Below are positions 8,994 to 10,971 of a stretch of DNA of 10,971 nucleotides, in pieces. The notes under the pieces were generated by a model, which did no database searches, was not told the DNA's origin, and saw only the letters and a list, made by a program, of their open reading frames with translations. Each line of letters starts with the position of its first letter. Within the stretch, counting starts at the first letter, position 1. The position numbers and the translations under genes are program-made. Source of the stretch: Octopus sinensis (taxonomy: Eukaryota); contig NW_021827290.1 of assembly GCF_006345805.1 (NCBI RefSeq), positions 1 to 10,971 on the forward strand, read 5' to 3'.

Positions 8994-9153
8994 GAGGAGA
9001 AGAGGGGGGAGGAAGAGGGGGGAGAAGGGAGGGGAAGAAGAGGGGGAGGAGAGGGGAAGAGGAGAGGGAGGGGGAGAGAGGAGGGGGAGAAGGAAGGGGG
9101 GAAGAGGAGGGGGAGGAAGGAGGAAAGAGGGAGAGGGGGAGAGAGAAGGGGAG
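8994..9153 (+). repeat. 160-nt uninterrupted G-rich polypurine tract
   Basis: Only A and G from 8994 to 9153, with many runs of three or more G. Confidence 0.95.
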
Positions 9154-9589
9154 TGATATATATATATATACATACGTACATACATACATACACATACACA
9201 CACTTGCATGTGTATATGTACATAAGTATGTAAGCCATGTAGCAACACAGATACATTATCTAGTCTGATGTAACCTTTTTCTAAGACGGTAGAATAGCAT
9301 TTCCCCCAATGAAGTTATGAGAAACTCTAAAGCTACATGAGAGGTCCCTAGTGGTTTCGCCAGAAATAATGATAAATATATTAAGTACATGCAAAATTCA
9401 TTTTTGCACCATTCTTGTTAATCAGTTTTATTTTCATGATTTTATTATCTGTACGCTACATTTTCCCTAGAGTAACATCCTGCCATCTGAAGATCAAAAA
9501 AAGGATCAAAGGTCCTTCCTGAGCCATAAGTTCAGAAAGCTCATTTCCCGGTTTCTCTAGCATACACACGCACGCATACACACACACAC

Positions 9590-9719
9590 ATCTTCCGACC
9601 CACTGGACGGGACGTCGGTTCGTCACGCTATTACTCATTTTGCCAGCCGAGTGAACGAAGTGTTTTTGTTAAAGAACGCAACGCGCAGCCCAGCCCAGCC
9701 CAGCCCAGAAATTGAAACC
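9590..9719 (-). mobile_element. SINE fragment, second family, with (GCCCA)4 expansion
   Basis: TACTCATTTTGCCAGCCGAGTGAAC...GTGTTTTTGTTAAAGAACGCAACGCG...AATTGAAACC (antisense B-box-like); homologous to 2150-2302. Confidence 0.6.
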
Positions 9720-9891
9720 TAGCAGCATTTCGTCCGTCTTTACTTTCTGAGTTCAAGTTCCACCGAAGTCGACTTTGCCTGTCATCCTGTTGGTGTCGAT
9801 TAAATAAGTACCAGTTATGCACTGAGGTCGATGTAACCGACTTACCTCCTCCCCTGAAATTGCTGGCCTTGTACCAAAATTTGAAACCAAT
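9720..9891 (+). mobile_element. SINE, third family, 5'-truncated
   Basis: TTCTGAGTTCAAGTTCC...GTCGACTTTGCCTGTCATCC...GTCGATTAAATAAGTACCAGT...CTGAGGTCGAT...GGCCTTGTACCAAAATTTGAAACCAAT; homologous to 2326-2465. Confidence 0.8.
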
Positions 9892-10102
9892 ATGTAATTG
9901 TATGGTAATTTGATTTTAATGCAAGGTCTTGTTGAAGACCGAATTTATTATACGTTCTTTGTGGTGTCTGAAAGATTTAACATTGTCAAGGCTTTCAATG
10001 ACAGTTTCGAGTTTTATAATCGTTAGTGAAATTTAATGTTATTTTATGAAAAAGAAAGAAAAATATTAAGAATATAAATACAAGCTAGTATATACTAGTA
10101 TA

Positions 10103-10374
10103 TATGAAGATAACATGGACGCCGCTCGGGCTCGAAGATTGACCGTTATGTTAACCTCGACGAATGCGAAGACGCAGGCTGGAAAGCGGAGCATTTTCCA
10201 ATCGAAGTCGGATGTAGAGGGTTCGTTGGACACATTGTGAGGCGACTGTTGTTATCTTTAGGCCCAACTCATCGTAAGGTAAATACCACCATTACCGATA
10301 TCCAAACTACAGTGGAGAAGGCTAGCCACTGGATTTGGTTAGAAAGAGACGATGAGCAATGGCTAGAGAAATAG
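10103..10374 (+). pseudogene. C-terminal restriction-like endonuclease (RLE) fragment of a Hero-type non-LTR retrotransposon, 5'-truncated
   Basis: YEDNMDAARAR, a frameshift near 10134, then KIDRYVNLDECEDAGWKAEHFPIEVGCRGFVGHIVRRLLLSLG...VEKASHWIWLERDDEQWLEK*. The A..RK..RY..L...C...GW.....P(I/V)EVGCRGF and S.W(I/L)WL.R motifs are characteristic of the Hero-clade RLE C-terminus. Absent from the ORF track. Confidence 0.85.
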
Positions 10375-10563
10375 TGAGCTTTATTTAATAACCAGTTGAG
10401 TGGGGGCCGGTGCGCAATGATGCCGTCGAGAGGTAGGCCCCGAAACGGCGCGCATTCTCTCCTGATGAACCCCATACACTTGCTGGTTTCTGGTATGCGG
10501 AGTTCTCGACTGGTAGCACTTGCATGTGCAAGTTGTTTGCATAACATACTCCCTACATATAAT
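10375..10563 (+). mobile_element. Structured 3' UTR of the Hero-type element; 3' end approximate
   Basis: GC-rich relative to flanks, with several complementary blocks (AACCAG/CTGGTT, TGGGG/CCCCA, TGCGC/GCGCA, ACTTGCA/TGCAAGT). Confidence 0.6.
10411..10474 (+). ncRNA. Hammerhead-like motif with non-canonically permuted segment order
   Basis: GCCGT-C-GAGAGG (10422-10433) ... C-GAA-ACGGC (10441-10449) ... TCTCTC-CTGATGA (10456-10468): stems III and I pair in exact hammerhead register; stem II is not canonical. Confidence 0.5.
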
Positions 10564-10877
10564 AGATTTTAATGTCGACTGAGGTGATTTAATAATATCG
10601 AAATAATTAGGTGAAGCGTCATTGAGATATTGAATTAATTTCGAGAGCTTCCTAAGAATACAATATATTTATAGATGAATAAATAAAACGAAAGTTTGGG
10701 AGATAACTAGAGAAGAGAGCGTTTTTAAGTGAACGTTGGGTTGCTATTTCTAACAAATGGAAGGCTCACGTAAGTGAATCGCTCCCACAGTTTGGTCTGT
10801 TATATTTCTGCTGGTTGTTGGTGTGTTGTTCGTTGTTGTTCCTGTTGTCCTATTGTTAATACCATTCAACCATTAAA

Positions 10878-10909
<32 letters not shown>

Positions 10910-10924
10910 GTAGGTAAGTAGGTA
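10878..10924. repeat. (CCAG)8 followed by short (GGTA)n
   Basis: Directly visible. Confidence 0.95.
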
Positions 10925-10971
10925 TATCAGTTGGTAAACAAGAGGCACATCCACCCCCGTCGGGCAGAACG

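Noticed and set aside
8927-9256. Pro/Ser/Leu-rich and Gly/Arg/Glu-rich ORFs
   Set aside because: Translations of the polypurine tract and flanking microsatellites.
9471-9560. Possible further exon after the acceptor-like TTTTCCCTAG
   Set aside because: Only short open frames with no recognisable motif; phase cannot be fixed because the upstream donor is uncertain.
10269-10547. 92-aa minus-strand ORF
   Set aside because: Antisense shadow of the Hero RLE fragment and its 3' UTR.

Overview
AT-rich, microsatellite-dense eukaryotic DNA, most likely intronic sequence from an octopus (inferred from recalled similarity of the SINEs to octopus tRNA-derived families; no search was run). Nearly all ORFs in the supplied track are translations of simple repeats. 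The window contains: (i) about seven SINE copies or fragments; (ii) three phase-compatible candidate exons (518-683, 5920-6078, 6917-~7030) giving a signal-peptide, Cys-containing protein loosely resembling the N-terminal MNNL/C2 domain of Notch ligands; (iii) a decayed Penelope-like GIY-YIG remnant and the 3' end of a Hero-type RLE retrotransposon; (iv) a cluster of hammerhead ribozyme (HHR) motifs. These are an intact-core type I HHR inside a 554-bp non-coding unit with a 98-bp terminal direct repeat (retrozyme-like), three copies of a minimal dimer-type HHR element beside (TA)n tracts, and a hammerhead-like motif in the Hero 3' UTR whose three segments are in an order that is not type I, II or III; (v) two long near-perfect palindromes, a nested minisatellite and a 160-nt pure-purine tract.
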